DNA of 55,851 nucleotides from Ignavibacteria bacterium GWF2_33_9 (GCA_001804565.1 MHAC01000077.1:1-55851), one strand, 5' to 3'; positions 38,098-49,027 are shown, numbered from the stretch's first letter. Notes: a model not told the origin generated them from the letters alone. Program-made: numbers and translations.

Positions 38098-38970
38098 TTA
38101 TTTTCTATCGCTTGGAATTGGTAAATTATCATTTTTTACATCTTTATTTAAATCAAAGGAAATACCAAGGAACAAACGCCATGTAATATGCTTATAACCG
38201 GGCTGCTGACTGCTTAAATCGTTTAATGGAAATTTCATGAAATATCCAATCAGAAATTCATTATCTTTATTAAGGGGAATATTGAAATTAATCTGTGGGA
38301 ATAACCCGAATTGCAGAGTATTTAATTCGGGAATTTCACGATCTTCTATTGTTTTAGTACCGTCCGGCTCCCCCGGTATGCTCACTTTCACTTGTTCACC
38401 ATCAGATAATAGTACTTTTTCTGTTAATAATTCTTTATCGTGAGTTATATTTCCTGAAAGTGCTAAATCGCCATAAAATCCTAAACGCAAGTCCAGCCAG
38501 CGGTCTACTCTCCAGACAGCATTGGGAACAATCCCGAGAGTTGTTACATCCAAATTTAAAATATGTCTGAATTCAATAGGTGCAGTAAAATATGTTCCGT
38601 CAGTTCTTTGCAATTGCACATCTTCATAACGAAGGAAGCTCCCTCTTGTGCTTATTCCGTCAAGAAGTAGATTTGTCCCGAAATAAAAGTGAGGTGTAAT
38701 CTCCCAATCACTTTTCAAACCAAAAGTCCATCCGAATTTACTATTATCGTCGAATACGCAGTCAGGGCATTCAGGTAAATATTCGCCTGATGAAAAATTT
38801 GCTCCGAATCCCGCAAAAGCTCCTAACTCCCAGTCTTTTACTACTCTTTGGACCGGACTGATAGGTGAATCCAGTTTTTGGGAATATAATTCAATATTTG
38901 AAGGGATAAATATTACTGCTAATAACAATATTAAATATGCTTTTTTCGTGTTTAAGATATTCTTTTGCAT
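38098..38970 (-). CDS. Outer-membrane beta-barrel protein (PorT-like family)
   Basis: Signal peptide; WELGAFAGFGAN; CPDC loop; alternating aromatic strands; WRLFLGISFDL near the C-terminus. Confidence 0.65.
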   Translation of the reverse strand: MQKNILNTKKAYLILLLAVIFIPSNIELYSQKLDSPISPVQRVVKDWELGAFAGFGANFSSGEYLPECPDCVFDDNSKFGWTFGLKSDWEITPHFYFGTNLLLDGISTRGSFLRYEDVQLQRTDGTYFTAPIEFRHILNLDVTTLGIVPNAVWRVDRWLDLRLGFYGDLALSGNITHDKELLTEKVLLSDGEQVKVSIPGEPDGTKTIEDREIPELNTLQFGLFPQINFNIPLNKDNEFLIGYFMKFPLNDLSSQQPGYKHITWRLFLGISFDLNKDVKNDNLPIPSDRK

Positions 38971-38989
38971 ATATTTAAATCAAGATTAA

Positions 38990-40474
38990 ATGAGTGAACA
39001 AACTACTAATTTTAATAATAACGAAAATAATAACGAAATTATTAGAAATAATAATATAAATTCCGAAAAGAATTTCAATAATAATGAGAATTCTTCTGAC
39101 AAGAACAATATTGACACAAACATTGAAAATCAAAAACGAAATTACAATGTTCGGTATTCGGCTGTAAAAATTCTTAATCGATACGAGAGAAGCGACTCAT
39201 ATACAGATAAATTGCTTGCATTTGAATTCCTTCGTGAAGATTTTAATAAATTCGACAAAGCCTTGCTTACAGAAATCGTTAATGGAGTGATTCGCTGGCG
39301 CAATAAATTAGACTGGATACTCACAGGATTTTTTTATGGAGATTTCAATAAAAATCTGAACTGGGTGAAAAATGCAATGAGGGTAGGACTTTATCAATTA
39401 CTTTTCCTTACTAAAATCCCTCCTCCTATTGCAATATACGAAACGGTGGAAATCACAAAACAAATACAAGGTGAAAAGACTGCAGGAATGGTGAATGGTG
39501 TTCTTAGGAATATTCTTCGTAATATTGACAATATCCGTTATCCGGATAAAGAAGAAGATCCGTACTATTATCTTGCAGTGATTTACTCTTTCCCCAAATG
39601 GTTAATGAAAAAATGGGTAGATCAGCTTGGTTATGAAGAAACTGAAAAAATGCTCATAGCAATGAATAAAAGGCCGTATATACCTTGTAGAGTGAATCAA
39701 TTAAAAGGCACAAATAAAGAGTTTCAGCAATTTCTTAATGAAAATGAGGTGATTTTCAAACCTTATTCTTACAATAGTGATTTATATATGATTTTTAATC
39801 CGAAAATTAATTTCTTCGATTCTGATTACTTCGTGAACGGGAAAATTGCAATTCAAGATCCAAGTGCTGCAATGGCTGTTCAATTAGCAAATCCACAAAA
39901 GGATTGGAAGGTGATTGATATTTGTGCAGCTCCCGGAGGCAAATCATTTTATATGGCAGAAAGAATGGAAAATACAGGTTCTATCCTTTCAGTTGACAAA
40001 TATGAATCCAAAGTTAAATTAATTAACGAAGGAGCCGAAAGATTAGGACTGACCAACATTACTACAAAATGTAGTGATGTCTTAGATTTGGATTATGAAG
40101 AAGAATTCGACCTCGTTTTTGCAGATGTACCTTGCAGTGGCTTGGGTACCATTTCCAAAAAACCCGACATAAAATGGAAAAGAGAAATTGATGATATTAT
40201 CAAGCTCAATCGTTTGCAATATGATTTGTTGGAAGCCGCTGCAGATATGGTGAAACCTGGTGGAGTACTAGTATATTCCACTTGCACGATAGAACCTGAA
40301 GAAAATGAAAAAATTGTGAGTAAATTTCTGGAACGTCATACTGAATTTAAACTAGATCCCGCAGAAAAATATCTGCCAGAAAAAGTTTGTTTAAACGGTA
40401 TGATGGCAACTTATCCGCACCGCCATAGTTGCGATGGAGCTTTTGCCGCACGCATGTTGAAAGATGCTGAATAG
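38990..40474 (+). CDS. rsmB: 16S rRNA m5C967 methyltransferase with NusB-like N-domain
   Basis: GLYQL..VNGVLR, YSFPKWL, IQD, DICAAPGGK, DVPCSG and YSTCT motifs. Confidence 0.92.
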   Translation: MSEQTTNFNNNENNNEIIRNNNINSEKNFNNNENSSDKNNIDTNIENQKRNYNVRYSAVKILNRYERSDSYTDKLLAFEFLREDFNKFDKALLTEIVNGVIRWRNKLDWILTGFFYGDFNKNLNWVKNAMRVGLYQLLFLTKIPPPIAIYETVEITKQIQGEKTAGMVNGVLRNILRNIDNIRYPDKEEDPYYYLAVIYSFPKWLMKKWVDQLGYEETEKMLIAMNKRPYIPCRVNQLKGTNKEFQQFLNENEVIFKPYSYNSDLYMIFNPKINFFDSDYFVNGKIAIQDPSAAMAVQLANPQKDWKVIDICAAPGGKSFYMAERMENTGSILSVDKYESKVKLINEGAERLGLTNITTKCSDVLDLDYEEEFDLVFADVPCSGLGTISKKPDIKWKREIDDIIKLNRLQYDLLEAAADMVKPGGVLVYSTCTIEPEENEKIVSKFLERHTEFKLDPAEKYLPEKVCLNGMMATYPHRHSCDGAFAARMLKDAE

Positions 40475-40537
40475 TTAAGAACTTAAATAAATTTCTGAGT
40501 ATTGTTAAGTTTTTACTTTAGATAAAGACTTTTACAT

Positions 40538-40574
40538 AAAAGAAAAGACACATTCCTAATGTGTCTTTTCTTTT
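40538..40574. terminator. Bidirectional terminator (perfect 17-bp stem)
   Basis: aaaagaaaagacacatt-cct-aatgtgtcttttctttt between convergent rsmB and metG. Confidence 0.8.
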
Positions 40575-40591
40575 GATAATCTATTGATGTA

Positions 40592-42823
40592 TTAGCTGAC
40601 ATCAGCTGCTGTAGGGAATTCAGGATTTTCGATAGTAACAAGGGATAATTTTCCATCAGGTGTTTTTGCAGCAAGGAGCATACCTTCGGATAAATTGCCG
40701 AAAAGTTTAGCAGGCTGCAAGTTTGCCACAACAATGATTAATTTCCCGATTAGATTTTCAGGTTTATAATGTTGAGCAATTCCTGCAATCAACTGCCTTT
40801 TTTCTTCACCAATCTGAATCTGCAATTTCAACAATTTATCGGATTTTGGAATATTTTCGGCTTCGAGTACTTTAGCTGTACGTAAATTTACTTTTCGAAA
40901 ATCGTCAATTGAGATTAATTGGGCAACTTCAGGTTCAGTTTTTGTTTTTTTCACTTCTTTCGTTGTTGATGTTATTTCCTGAACTTCACTCTTTAAACCA
41001 AGTTTTGCCATTTGAGTTTCAACTACGGAATCTTCAATATTAGGGAAGAGTATTTCCTGCACATTGAAGTAATCGTCGCATTGCAATAAAGGTAATTTGG
41101 CAGCATCCCAAATATTTTCATGTTTTGGGTGCTTAAGTGGATCCCCGATTCCTATATGCAAACCGAGATAGTCCTGTAATTTCCTTGATGCATGTGGTAG
41201 TGCAGGTGCAAAAAGAACAGAAAAGGATGCGATTAACTCTGCACAAACATAGAGCGTTTTAGCAGTTGCTTCTTTATCGTCTTTAATTGTTTTCCAAGGT
41301 GCTTCATCATTAAAATACTTGTTTGCAGCACGAACAATATTCATAATCTCCAGATTTGCTTCACGGATTCTAAATCTTAAGAAATTTGATTTGGACTTTT
41401 CAATACCCTGCCAAAGTGATGTTAGCATTAACTTATCATTTTCGCTGAAACATTTATCAAAAGTATCGTCCAAATGTGCTGCATCAATATTTTCCGAAAA
41501 GTTAATATCCAAATGAATTATAGCTTTTTTCCAGGCTTTCTTAAAATTGTTGCCAATTTCGGGTACTCTTGAGTTAAAATTCTTTGCAATAAACTGAGAA
41601 GTTCTATTCACGAAATTCCCGAAAATTGCACCTAATTCGGAATTATTACGTGTTTGGAAATCCTTCCAGGTGAAATCTGCATCACGTGTTTCTGGTAAAT
41701 TCATTAATAGAGTATAACGAAGTGCATCTGTATAATGTTCTGCCGGGAAATCCTCTTGGAAATCTCGAACATCAATACTCCAATTACGACTCTTCGAAAA
41801 TTTCTGTCCTTCCAGATTCAAAAATTCATTTGCAGGAACATTTTTTGGCAGAATATAATTTTCATCACGTGAATGCAGCATAGCAGGAAAAATCAGGGTG
41901 TGGAATACAATATTATCCTTGCCGATGAAAGCATAATAGTCTGTTTCAGGATTTTGCCACCAATCAGCAAATTTGCTGGAAGAACCTAGATGTTCTCTAG
42001 CCCATACTTTAGTAGCAGAAATATATCCTAAAACTGCATCGAACCATACGTAAAGAACCTTACCTGCAGCCTTTGTTACATCCATTCCGGGAATATCACC
42101 CAAAGTGACTCCCCAAGGTAAATCACGGGTTATGGCACGTTCGGTCATACCCATTTTGAGCCAGCTGTAAGTTTGGCGAAGCACATTGTCCTTCCAATCC
42201 TTTTCGTGAGAATTGATATATTCTTCTAAAAATGGCTGCAAATCCTGAAATTTGAAATACCAGTGTGTTGTTTTGCGAACTATCGGAGTGAGTCCGCTCA
42301 CAATGCTTATTGGATTAAGCAGTTCCGTCTGATTATAATATGCACCGCAAGTATCGCATTGGTCCCCACGAGCTTTGTCTGCACCGCAATTAGGGCAAAT
42401 TCCTTCAACGTATCTATCAGGCAGGAACATATTTACTTTTTCATCAAAAAATTGTTCTTCTTCTCGTTCTGCAAGTAAACCTTTTTCGTAAAAATATGCA
42501 AAAAATTCCTTTGCTATTTTATGATGTTCAGGTATTGATGTACGGCTGTATATATCGAAAGACATTCCAAATTTTTCGAAAGCCTCAACATTTGCATTGT
42601 GATATTTGTCTATAATCTTCTTAGGTGTGGTATTTTCCTTTTCGGCTGAGATAGTAATAGCAACGCCGTGTTCGTCTGAACCACATATATAAAGTACCTC
42701 CTTACCCGAAAGCCTCGAAAAACGGGCGAAAATGTCCGCCGGCAAATACGCTCCGGCTAAATGCCCAAGGTGAATATAGCCGTTTGCGTAAGGAAGTGCT
42801 GATGTTATAAGTGTTTTTTTCAT
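40592..42823 (-). CDS. metG: Methionine--tRNA ligase with C-terminal tRNA-binding domain
   Basis: ALPYANG..HLGH, CPNC/CDTC zinc knuckle, YVWFDA, GKDNI.FH, KFSKS; C-terminal IDDF..DKLL..SEGMLL. Confidence 0.97.
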   Translation of the reverse strand: MKKTLITSALPYANGYIHLGHLAGAYLPADIFARFSRLSGKEVLYICGSDEHGVAITISAEKENTTPKKIIDKYHNANVEAFEKFGMSFDIYSRTSIPEHHKIAKEFFAYFYEKGLLAEREEEQFFDEKVNMFLPDRYVEGICPNCGADKARGDQCDTCGAYYNQTELLNPISIVSGLTPIVRKTTHWYFKFQDLQPFLEEYINSHEKDWKDNVLRQTYSWLKMGMTERAITRDLPWGVTLGDIPGMDVTKAAGKVLYVWFDAVLGYISATKVWAREHLGSSSKFADWWQNPETDYYAFIGKDNIVFHTLIFPAMLHSRDENYILPKNVPANEFLNLEGQKFSKSRNWSIDVRDFQEDFPAEHYTDALRYTLLMNLPETRDADFTWKDFQTRNNSELGAIFGNFVNRTSQFIAKNFNSRVPEIGNNFKKAWKKAIIHLDINFSENIDAAHLDDTFDKCFSENDKLMLTSLWQGIEKSKSNFLRFRIREANLEIMNIVRAANKYFNDEAPWKTIKDDKEATAKTLYVCAELIASFSVLFAPALPHASRKLQDYLGLHIGIGDPLKHPKHENIWDAAKLPLLQCDDYFNVQEILFPNIEDSVVETQMAKLGLKSEVQEITSTTKEVKKTKTEPEVAQLISIDDFRKVNLRTAKVLEAENIPKSDKLLKLQIQIGEEKRQLIAGIAQHYKPENLIGKLIIVVANLQPAKLFGNLSEGMLLAAKTPDGKLSLVTIENPEFPTAADVS

Positions 42824-42932
42824 ATTTGTATTTTATAAATTATTCAAAATTAAGGATTTTATCATAGAAAATTATGTTTAAATCCTAAATATTTTGTAAT
42901 TTTACATTGCGGCAAAAGAGGAAAATTAATTT

Positions 42933-45900
42933 ATGTTTAGAAACATTAACTATGTGAGGTTTTATCTTTTGAAGTTTTTCAAAATTTTGAAGATAAAAAT
43001 TCAACTACCCCTATTTTTCATCCTAATATCAACCTTTACCGGGTTTGCACAGTATCAAACTATTCAGACAGATTTCGGAACTGCTGATTACTACAAAGGT
43101 TATGATTTAATGCAGGATAAAATTCTTCGTGAAGCAGAATTAAACGTGCTGAAGTCGATTGATGAGTACCCGAACAATCCAAGTTATGGAAAATCTGTGC
43201 TCATTCGTGCAAAAATTGATTTAATCAGCGGGAATTATGAAGTTTCAAGAAATTCTTTGGAAAAATTCATCGAAAAGTATCCTAATTCTCCGTTCATTGC
43301 ACATGCTTATCTGCAAATAGCATTCATTTACCTGGAACAAAGTAAATTTGACCAGTCGCAGAAATTTTTCGATAAAACGATAAAGCAGTCAGATTTAGAA
43401 ATCTACCGAAGAAACGATAAATCGGAGTATTTAAATTTGAAACAGGAAGCATATTTTTGGCTGGGTATTTCAATATATTCTCAGGGAAAATATTATGAAT
43501 CAATTCCAACTTTCAAGAAATTATCAACAGAATTCCCTAATTCCAAATATGCTGACGATGCTTATTTTGCAATAGGAATGACTTACGAAAGGAATAAGGA
43601 ATATGATTCTGCAATCGTTAGTTACAATCAAATTATAAATAATTATAATTTTTCAAATACTTACCTGGCTGCACTTGTTAGGAGTTCGAATAATTATATC
43701 CTTTTGCGTAAATCCTCACGAGCACTTTTCGACCTGGAAATAGCAGCTATCACATCCGGACATATTGAAAGCCGGGATTCAGTTGGAAAATTATACGAAA
43801 GGCAGGACTATTTGCTGTATCCAAATGATGAAATCAATTATCTGAAAGGAGAAGCTTACAATGTTGCCGGAAATTACAGCCAAGCTGTATCGGAACTAAA
43901 AGCTTTTATTGAATCATACACTCAATCTCCTTTGCGAATATATTTCCTTCTTGGTATTGCATGGGCAAATCTGAATTTAGGTAATTTCACCGAAGCTCTT
44001 GATTATTATGAAAAAGTAATTGCTGAATCCGGGAGTGATGAAATAAAGCTGAAAAATCTTGCGGAACTTTTCCATGCGATTACTTATGCCAAATCAGGAA
44101 AAGTGGATGATGCTTCAAAAGAATTAGCAGCTCTTGTTTCTCGCAGCGATTTTCCTTATGTTGGTATTGCCATGCTGGAACTTGCACAAATTAATTATGC
44201 TGCCGGTAACTTTAATGCTGCTAAGAACAATCTTGTACGTGCAGAAAGGGAAGAAAATACCGGAAGAATTGCTGCCCGTATTCACTTAATGCTTGGTGCA
44301 ACTTACCTGCAATTAAAGAATTACAGTGATGCACTTAACGAATTCGACAAAGCAAAAACGATAGTGCAGAATTCAAATCCAATATTCCTTCCGGAAAAAG
44401 AATATTATATGAGTGAAATTCTTTTTAAGAAAGCTGTTTGCTTAATTCAGACATACAAGTTTGCAGAAGCAATCGCAAATCTGCGTAATTATTTAGCCGG
44501 GAATTTGGAGGAAACTAAACGAAATGAAGCAATGTTCTGGCTGGCAGAAAGTTATTACCGTTCAGATTTACTTAAAAATGCTCAGGATAATTACGAAAAA
44601 CTTTTTGCGTCAGCACCAAATTTCAGGAGAGAAGAAGTACTTTATGGAATGGGTTGGTCTTATTTCAGAGTAAAGAATTTCAAAAAATCATCGGAATACT
44701 TTAATCTGCTTGTCAAAGATTTTCCAAATTCAAAATTCTCAACCGAAGTGATGGCACGTTTGGGTGATGCATTTTATTTAGAGAAAAATTATGCAAGTGC
44801 TGCAACTTATTATGCAAAAGCATCAAGATTATCACCTAAATCTGAAGAAGGTCAATATTGTGCATATCAACTTTGCCATGCACAATACCGCAATTCAGAA
44901 TACGATAAAGCAGTAAATTCGCTTATGGATTTCATTGCGAAATACCCAAATTCGACATTTTCACCAAATGCAGTTTATTTGGTAGGCTGGATAAAATTTA
45001 ATCAGAAACAATATAAAGAAGCAGTTGATAATTTCAGATACTTAATTGATGCTTATTCGCAAAGTTCATTAGTTCCAAGGGCTTACTATGCCATTGGAGA
45101 TGCCTATTACAATCAGCAAAAATTTGATTTAGCAATAGAAAATTACAGGAAGGTAGTGGAATTATTTCCGAGTGATCCGCTTGCACCGGAAGCACTTAAA
45201 AGTACTCAATTTTGTTATATAGCTTTAGGGCAGGAAGATAAAGCAATAGAACTTGCAGACCAGTATATTCAATCAAATCCAAACTCACCTTTCGTAGAAG
45301 AATTTGCTTACAAGAAAGCCGAAATGTTCTTCTCCGGTCAAAAGTACGCCGATGCAGTGACGGAATATGAAAAATTCCTGCAAAAGCATCCGAACAGTGA
45401 TTTAGATCCGGAAGCAATGTATTGGATGGCAAAGAGTTACCAGAATATGAATGAAGTTGATAAAGCAAGAGAAACTTATGCCGCACTATATAAAAATTAT
45501 CCTAAAAGCGATTTTGCTCCAATTGCCTTGCTGGAAATTGCACAAATTAAAACTGACCGCACTTTCCTGAATGAAGCGGATTCTATTTATCAAATAATTG
45601 AAAAAAATTATCCGACAAATGATGTTGCTGCACAAGCAGGCTACAAAAGAGCGGAAATTGCTTTAAGTTTCGGCGACACACTCAAAACACTCGAATTTTA
45701 TAAACAGGTTGCAGAAAAATTCCCGACTAATGGCTATGGATTAAGTTCTCGTTATAGGGTAGGGATGTATTACCGCAATAATGCTTTGTATGATAGTGCA
45801 AGAAAGGAATTTGAGATATTGTCCAGCATTTCAGAAGATCCCGAGCTGACTGCTGAAGCTCAGTATCGTGTTGGTGAACTTTGGATGAGAGTACAAAATT

Positions 45901-46130
45901 ACGAAGAATCGATTAAAGCCTTTCAAATCGTAAAAGATAAGTCCAGCGATGTGGAAGTATGGTTTCCGCTTGCTTTACTGAATATGGGTGAAGCTTACGA
46001 AAAACTTAATGATTTACCCAAAGCTATCGAAGTTTACAAAGCAATGATTGCAATTAACCCAGATGATGATTATGCAAAAACAGCCCGTAACAGGATAAAA
46101 ATTATCACCAAAATTTTGGATAATCAGTAG
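42933..46130 (+). CDS. Large tetratricopeptide-repeat envelope protein
   Basis: Many TPR pairs ending in YP.S/FP.S (CpoB/BamD-like), e.g. AYYAIGDAYYNQQKFDLAIENYRKVVELFP; N-terminal hydrophobic signal. Confidence 0.88.
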   Translation: MFRNINYVRFYLLKFFKILKIKIQLPLFFILISTFTGFAQYQTIQTDFGTADYYKGYDLMQDKILREAELNVLKSIDEYPNNPSYGKSVLIRAKIDLISGNYEVSRNSLEKFIEKYPNSPFIAHAYLQIAFIYLEQSKFDQSQKFFDKTIKQSDLEIYRRNDKSEYLNLKQEAYFWLGISIYSQGKYYESIPTFKKLSTEFPNSKYADDAYFAIGMTYERNKEYDSAIVSYNQIINNYNFSNTYLAALVRSSNNYILLRKSSRALFDLEIAAITSGHIESRDSVGKLYERQDYLLYPNDEINYLKGEAYNVAGNYSQAVSELKAFIESYTQSPLRIYFLLGIAWANLNLGNFTEALDYYEKVIAESGSDEIKLKNLAELFHAITYAKSGKVDDASKELAALVSRSDFPYVGIAMLELAQINYAAGNFNAAKNNLVRAEREENTGRIAARIHLMLGATYLQLKNYSDALNEFDKAKTIVQNSNPIFLPEKEYYMSEILFKKAVCLIQTYKFAEAIANLRNYLAGNLEETKRNEAMFWLAESYYRSDLLKNAQDNYEKLFASAPNFRREEVLYGMGWSYFRVKNFKKSSEYFNLLVKDFPNSKFSTEVMARLGDAFYLEKNYASAATYYAKASRLSPKSEEGQYCAYQLCHAQYRNSEYDKAVNSLMDFIAKYPNSTFSPNAVYLVGWIKFNQKQYKEAVDNFRYLIDAYSQSSLVPRAYYAIGDAYYNQQKFDLAIENYRKVVELFPSDPLAPEALKSTQFCYIALGQEDKAIELADQYIQSNPNSPFVEEFAYKKAEMFFSGQKYADAVTEYEKFLQKHPNSDLDPEAMYWMAKSYQNMNEVDKARETYAALYKNYPKSDFAPIALLEIAQIKTDRTFLNEADSIYQIIEKNYPTNDVAAQAGYKRAEIALSFGDTLKTLEFYKQVAEKFPTNGYGLSSRYRVGMYYRNNALYDSARKEFEILSSISEDPELTAEAQYRVGELWMRVQNYEESIKAFQIVKDKSSDVEVWFPLALLNMGEAYEKLNDLPKAIEVYKAMIAINPDDDYAKTARNRIKIITKILDNQ

Positions 46131-46136
46131 GAGGGT

Positions 46137-47828
46137 ATGAAGATGAACAAGAAAAATTTAAAAATTACAAGATTGATAAATAAAATGAATAAATTGTTTT
46201 TTGCAGCGATTTTCTTAAGTTTATTTAGTATGAATTCATTTGCACAAAATGAAAATCCACCTGTGACTCCGGCAGACAATCAACCTCAACCACCATCGAA
46301 TAATCCAACGGTGCAGCCTCCTTTGGAATTGCCGACCTTTATTATTGAAGGTGTGGAGCAATTAAATATTAAAGCAGGAATGAAGCAATTTCCTTCGCCG
46401 CCTACTGTACTTTCTATGACTGAACTGGATTCGCTGAATCCTCTGGAAAAACAACAATCCCTTTTAGTACCGCCGCCATCAATGCCGAAAGGTTTAGAAG
46501 TGCAGCGTTATGCTAATGGCTTTTTACAGGCAAAAGGCGGAATGTATGCAACTTTTGATGTACTGGCCGGATACGGATTGAAATATGAAGGATATGAACT
46601 ATATGGGAAAGCCGGTTTGGCAACTTCTTCAGGTGATGTGAAAAATTCAGATTACGGCAAATTCTTTGTCAATATAAATTCCGATTATATTGCACCTGAT
46701 ATTTTCTGGATTTTCGGTGGCAGCCGCACTCGTACAATTTTAAATTATACGAATTCCTCGTTTAATCAATATGGAACAATAGCAAATTTAGCACGAAAAG
46801 TGAATGATTTTGATATATCACTGGTTAGTGACGGAAATTATGAAGGAGTTTCTTTTTCTACCGGAGCCGGATTCCGCACATTATCAATTAATCAGAATGT
46901 TAACGGAATTGATGAAACTTGCATTAACGGTTTTTTGAAAGTAAATTCTCTGTTCGACGATAATTTGATTGGTGGTAAAATTGATATCAATATTGGCACA
47001 TATCAAGGCAAGTCAATGAAATTAATTGACATCGCTGTAAGTGACGAAATTTATAAGGACAAGATGACTTTTGACGGTATGTTAGGTTATCAGTTAGCAG
47101 CTGCTTCTGATGGAGCTAATCAAAATTCCATCATCGGAAAATTAGGAATGTCATATTTGCCTAATGAAAAAATCAGCATTAGAGGTGAATTTTTCACAGG
47201 ATTAGAAAAAGTATTTTTCCATAATCATTTTTATGTAAATTCTTATTTCGATGATTTTTCAAATATTCTGCTTTTCCCGAAAATCAATTTTGCACTTTCA
47301 GGAATTGTGCAATATTTGCCTCATCCAAAATTGGGTTTAACTGTTTCGGGTGGTGCAAAAATATATGATAAATATGCTTACTTCAATTCATTGGATTCGA
47401 ATAAAATTGAATTGTTATTCGAGCAGGCTTCGGTCCTTTTCGTTAAGGCTGAATTATTTTATGAATTAAGTAATGTTGATAAATTAATCGGTTTTGCCGG
47501 TTTAAATTTCGGTGTGCTGGATTATCACAGTAATGCAATACCATACCTGCCAATGATGGAAGCAACATTGTCCTACGAAAGGAATTGGTTCGGAAAGTTG
47601 AGCACTGAAGCAGGAATTCTATTTAACTCCAAAAGATATACTGATAAAGATAACAAAAAAGAGATAAATTCGTATTTTAATTTGTTTGCCAATATAAATT
47701 ATAATATTTTAAATAACTTTAAAATTATTGCAGAATTGAAGAATCTTACAAACAATGATAATTTTATTTGGCAAGGTTATAAAGAACGTGGAATTTTTGG
47801 CTCAATAGGCATTAGCTGGAATTTTTAA
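46137..47828 (+). CDS. Outer-membrane beta-barrel, TonB-dependent-receptor-like
   Basis: Signal peptide; Pro-rich linker followed by LPTFIIEG; C-terminal KNLTN.DNFIWQGY..GSIGISWNF ending in Phe. Confidence 0.65.
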   Translation: MKMNKKNLKITRLINKMNKLFFAAIFLSLFSMNSFAQNENPPVTPADNQPQPPSNNPTVQPPLELPTFIIEGVEQLNIKAGMKQFPSPPTVLSMTELDSLNPLEKQQSLLVPPPSMPKGLEVQRYANGFLQAKGGMYATFDVLAGYGLKYEGYELYGKAGLATSSGDVKNSDYGKFFVNINSDYIAPDIFWIFGGSRTRTILNYTNSSFNQYGTIANLARKVNDFDISLVSDGNYEGVSFSTGAGFRTLSINQNVNGIDETCINGFLKVNSLFDDNLIGGKIDINIGTYQGKSMKLIDIAVSDEIYKDKMTFDGMLGYQLAAASDGANQNSIIGKLGMSYLPNEKISIRGEFFTGLEKVFFHNHFYVNSYFDDFSNILLFPKINFALSGIVQYLPHPKLGLTVSGGAKIYDKYAYFNSLDSNKIELLFEQASVLFVKAELFYELSNVDKLIGFAGLNFGVLDYHSNAIPYLPMMEATLSYERNWFGKLSTEAGILFNSKRYTDKDNKKEINSYFNLFANINYNILNNFKIIAELKNLTNNDNFIWQGYKERGIFGSIGISWNF

Positions 47829-47851
47829 AAATTAATTAAATTGGGAAAAAT

Positions 47852-49012
47852 ATGAAACCGGAAGAAAAAATAGGTGGATTTTCAACTGAAGATAGCAGCA
47901 ATATTTTTAAAGGAAAACAAGCTCAATCCGGAAACACAAATGTCCAACCTGAGGAAAATGCCGGGAAAGCACCAACAGGGAATAGGATAAAAATTGATAA
48001 TCCACCTGTTGGAAGTTCTTACGTTCCAAAATATAGGAAAAATAACACCTTTAAATGGATTGTTTCCATTGTATTCTTATTTGTTATTGCCATTGCTTCA
48101 ACCTATTTTATCACAAAATCCCTTATAAATCCAACCGGAAACGGAATAAATAAGGAAATAACCCTTATTACTTCTGAAGATGGAAAAGCGGATATTTCCC
48201 AAATGTCCGGTGATTTTGGCTTTAATACGGATTCAATACTAAATGCTCTTATGAAAAAGTATGGATCTGATTCCAGAATTGAAGAGAACTTCAAAAAGAA
48301 GCAGGATGGGAAGTTTTACTCTTTGAATATTTTGAAAGATGGAAAGAATTTTTATTTGAATACTGAAATATTCCAAAACGGCAACAAAATCAAAAGTTTC
48401 AGACGCAGTATTGTTCTTGAAGGTTCGGATGACAAAGTTAATAATCAAAACTCAAATTCATCACAGATTCAAGCAGATGTGAATCCTCCTATTAGCGAGA
48501 ATCAGGCAGCCCAACAAAAAACTCTCCGTAAAGTAATTGTTTCCGATAATGGACAGCAGGAAGAACATTCTTTCGTCGTACCAAAGGAATCTCAAAAGGT
48601 AGTTGAAAAAATTGGCTCAAAAACTGAAAAAGAAGTAGCAAGTGCCAATATTAGTAAAGATGTAGAGAGAAAGAAGGAATCTCAGACATATACCTGGGAA
48701 GAAAAATTGAAAAATGAGAAGGATAAAAATATTAACACAAGCCCTAATGTTCCTTCCAAAGAACAGCAGTATGCAAGCCAGGGACCGATTTATACTATTC
48801 AGGTTTATTCAACTCCATCTTTGAAAGATGCACAATACTGGGTGAAACGCCTGAAAGATATGAATATTACTACTGCTTATATCAGCACTCATGAAATACG
48901 TGGAAAAACTTGGTATCGTGTACGTTTCGGAGAATTTCCCACTAATGAAGAAGCAAAGGCAGCTGCTAAGAGAAACGGTTTTGAAAGTTTATGGATTGAT
49001 AGAGTAAAATAA
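47852..49012 (+). CDS. Single-pass membrane protein with C-terminal SPOR domain
   Basis: TM WIVSIVFLFVIAIASTYFI; SPOR motifs YTIQVYS and WYRVRFGEF..EEA. Confidence 0.85.
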   Translation: MKPEEKIGGFSTEDSSNIFKGKQAQSGNTNVQPEENAGKAPTGNRIKIDNPPVGSSYVPKYRKNNTFKWIVSIVFLFVIAIASTYFITKSLINPTGNGINKEITLITSEDGKADISQMSGDFGFNTDSILNALMKKYGSDSRIEENFKKKQDGKFYSLNILKDGKNFYLNTEIFQNGNKIKSFRRSIVLEGSDDKVNNQNSNSSQIQADVNPPISENQAAQQKTLRKVIVSDNGQQEEHSFVVPKESQKVVEKIGSKTEKEVASANISKDVERKKESQTYTWEEKLKNEKDKNINTSPNVPSKEQQYASQGPIYTIQVYSTPSLKDAQYWVKRLKDMNITTAYISTHEIRGKTWYRVRFGEFPTNEEAKAAAKRNGFESLWIDRVK

Positions 49013-49027
49013 TTAAATCAAATAGAT

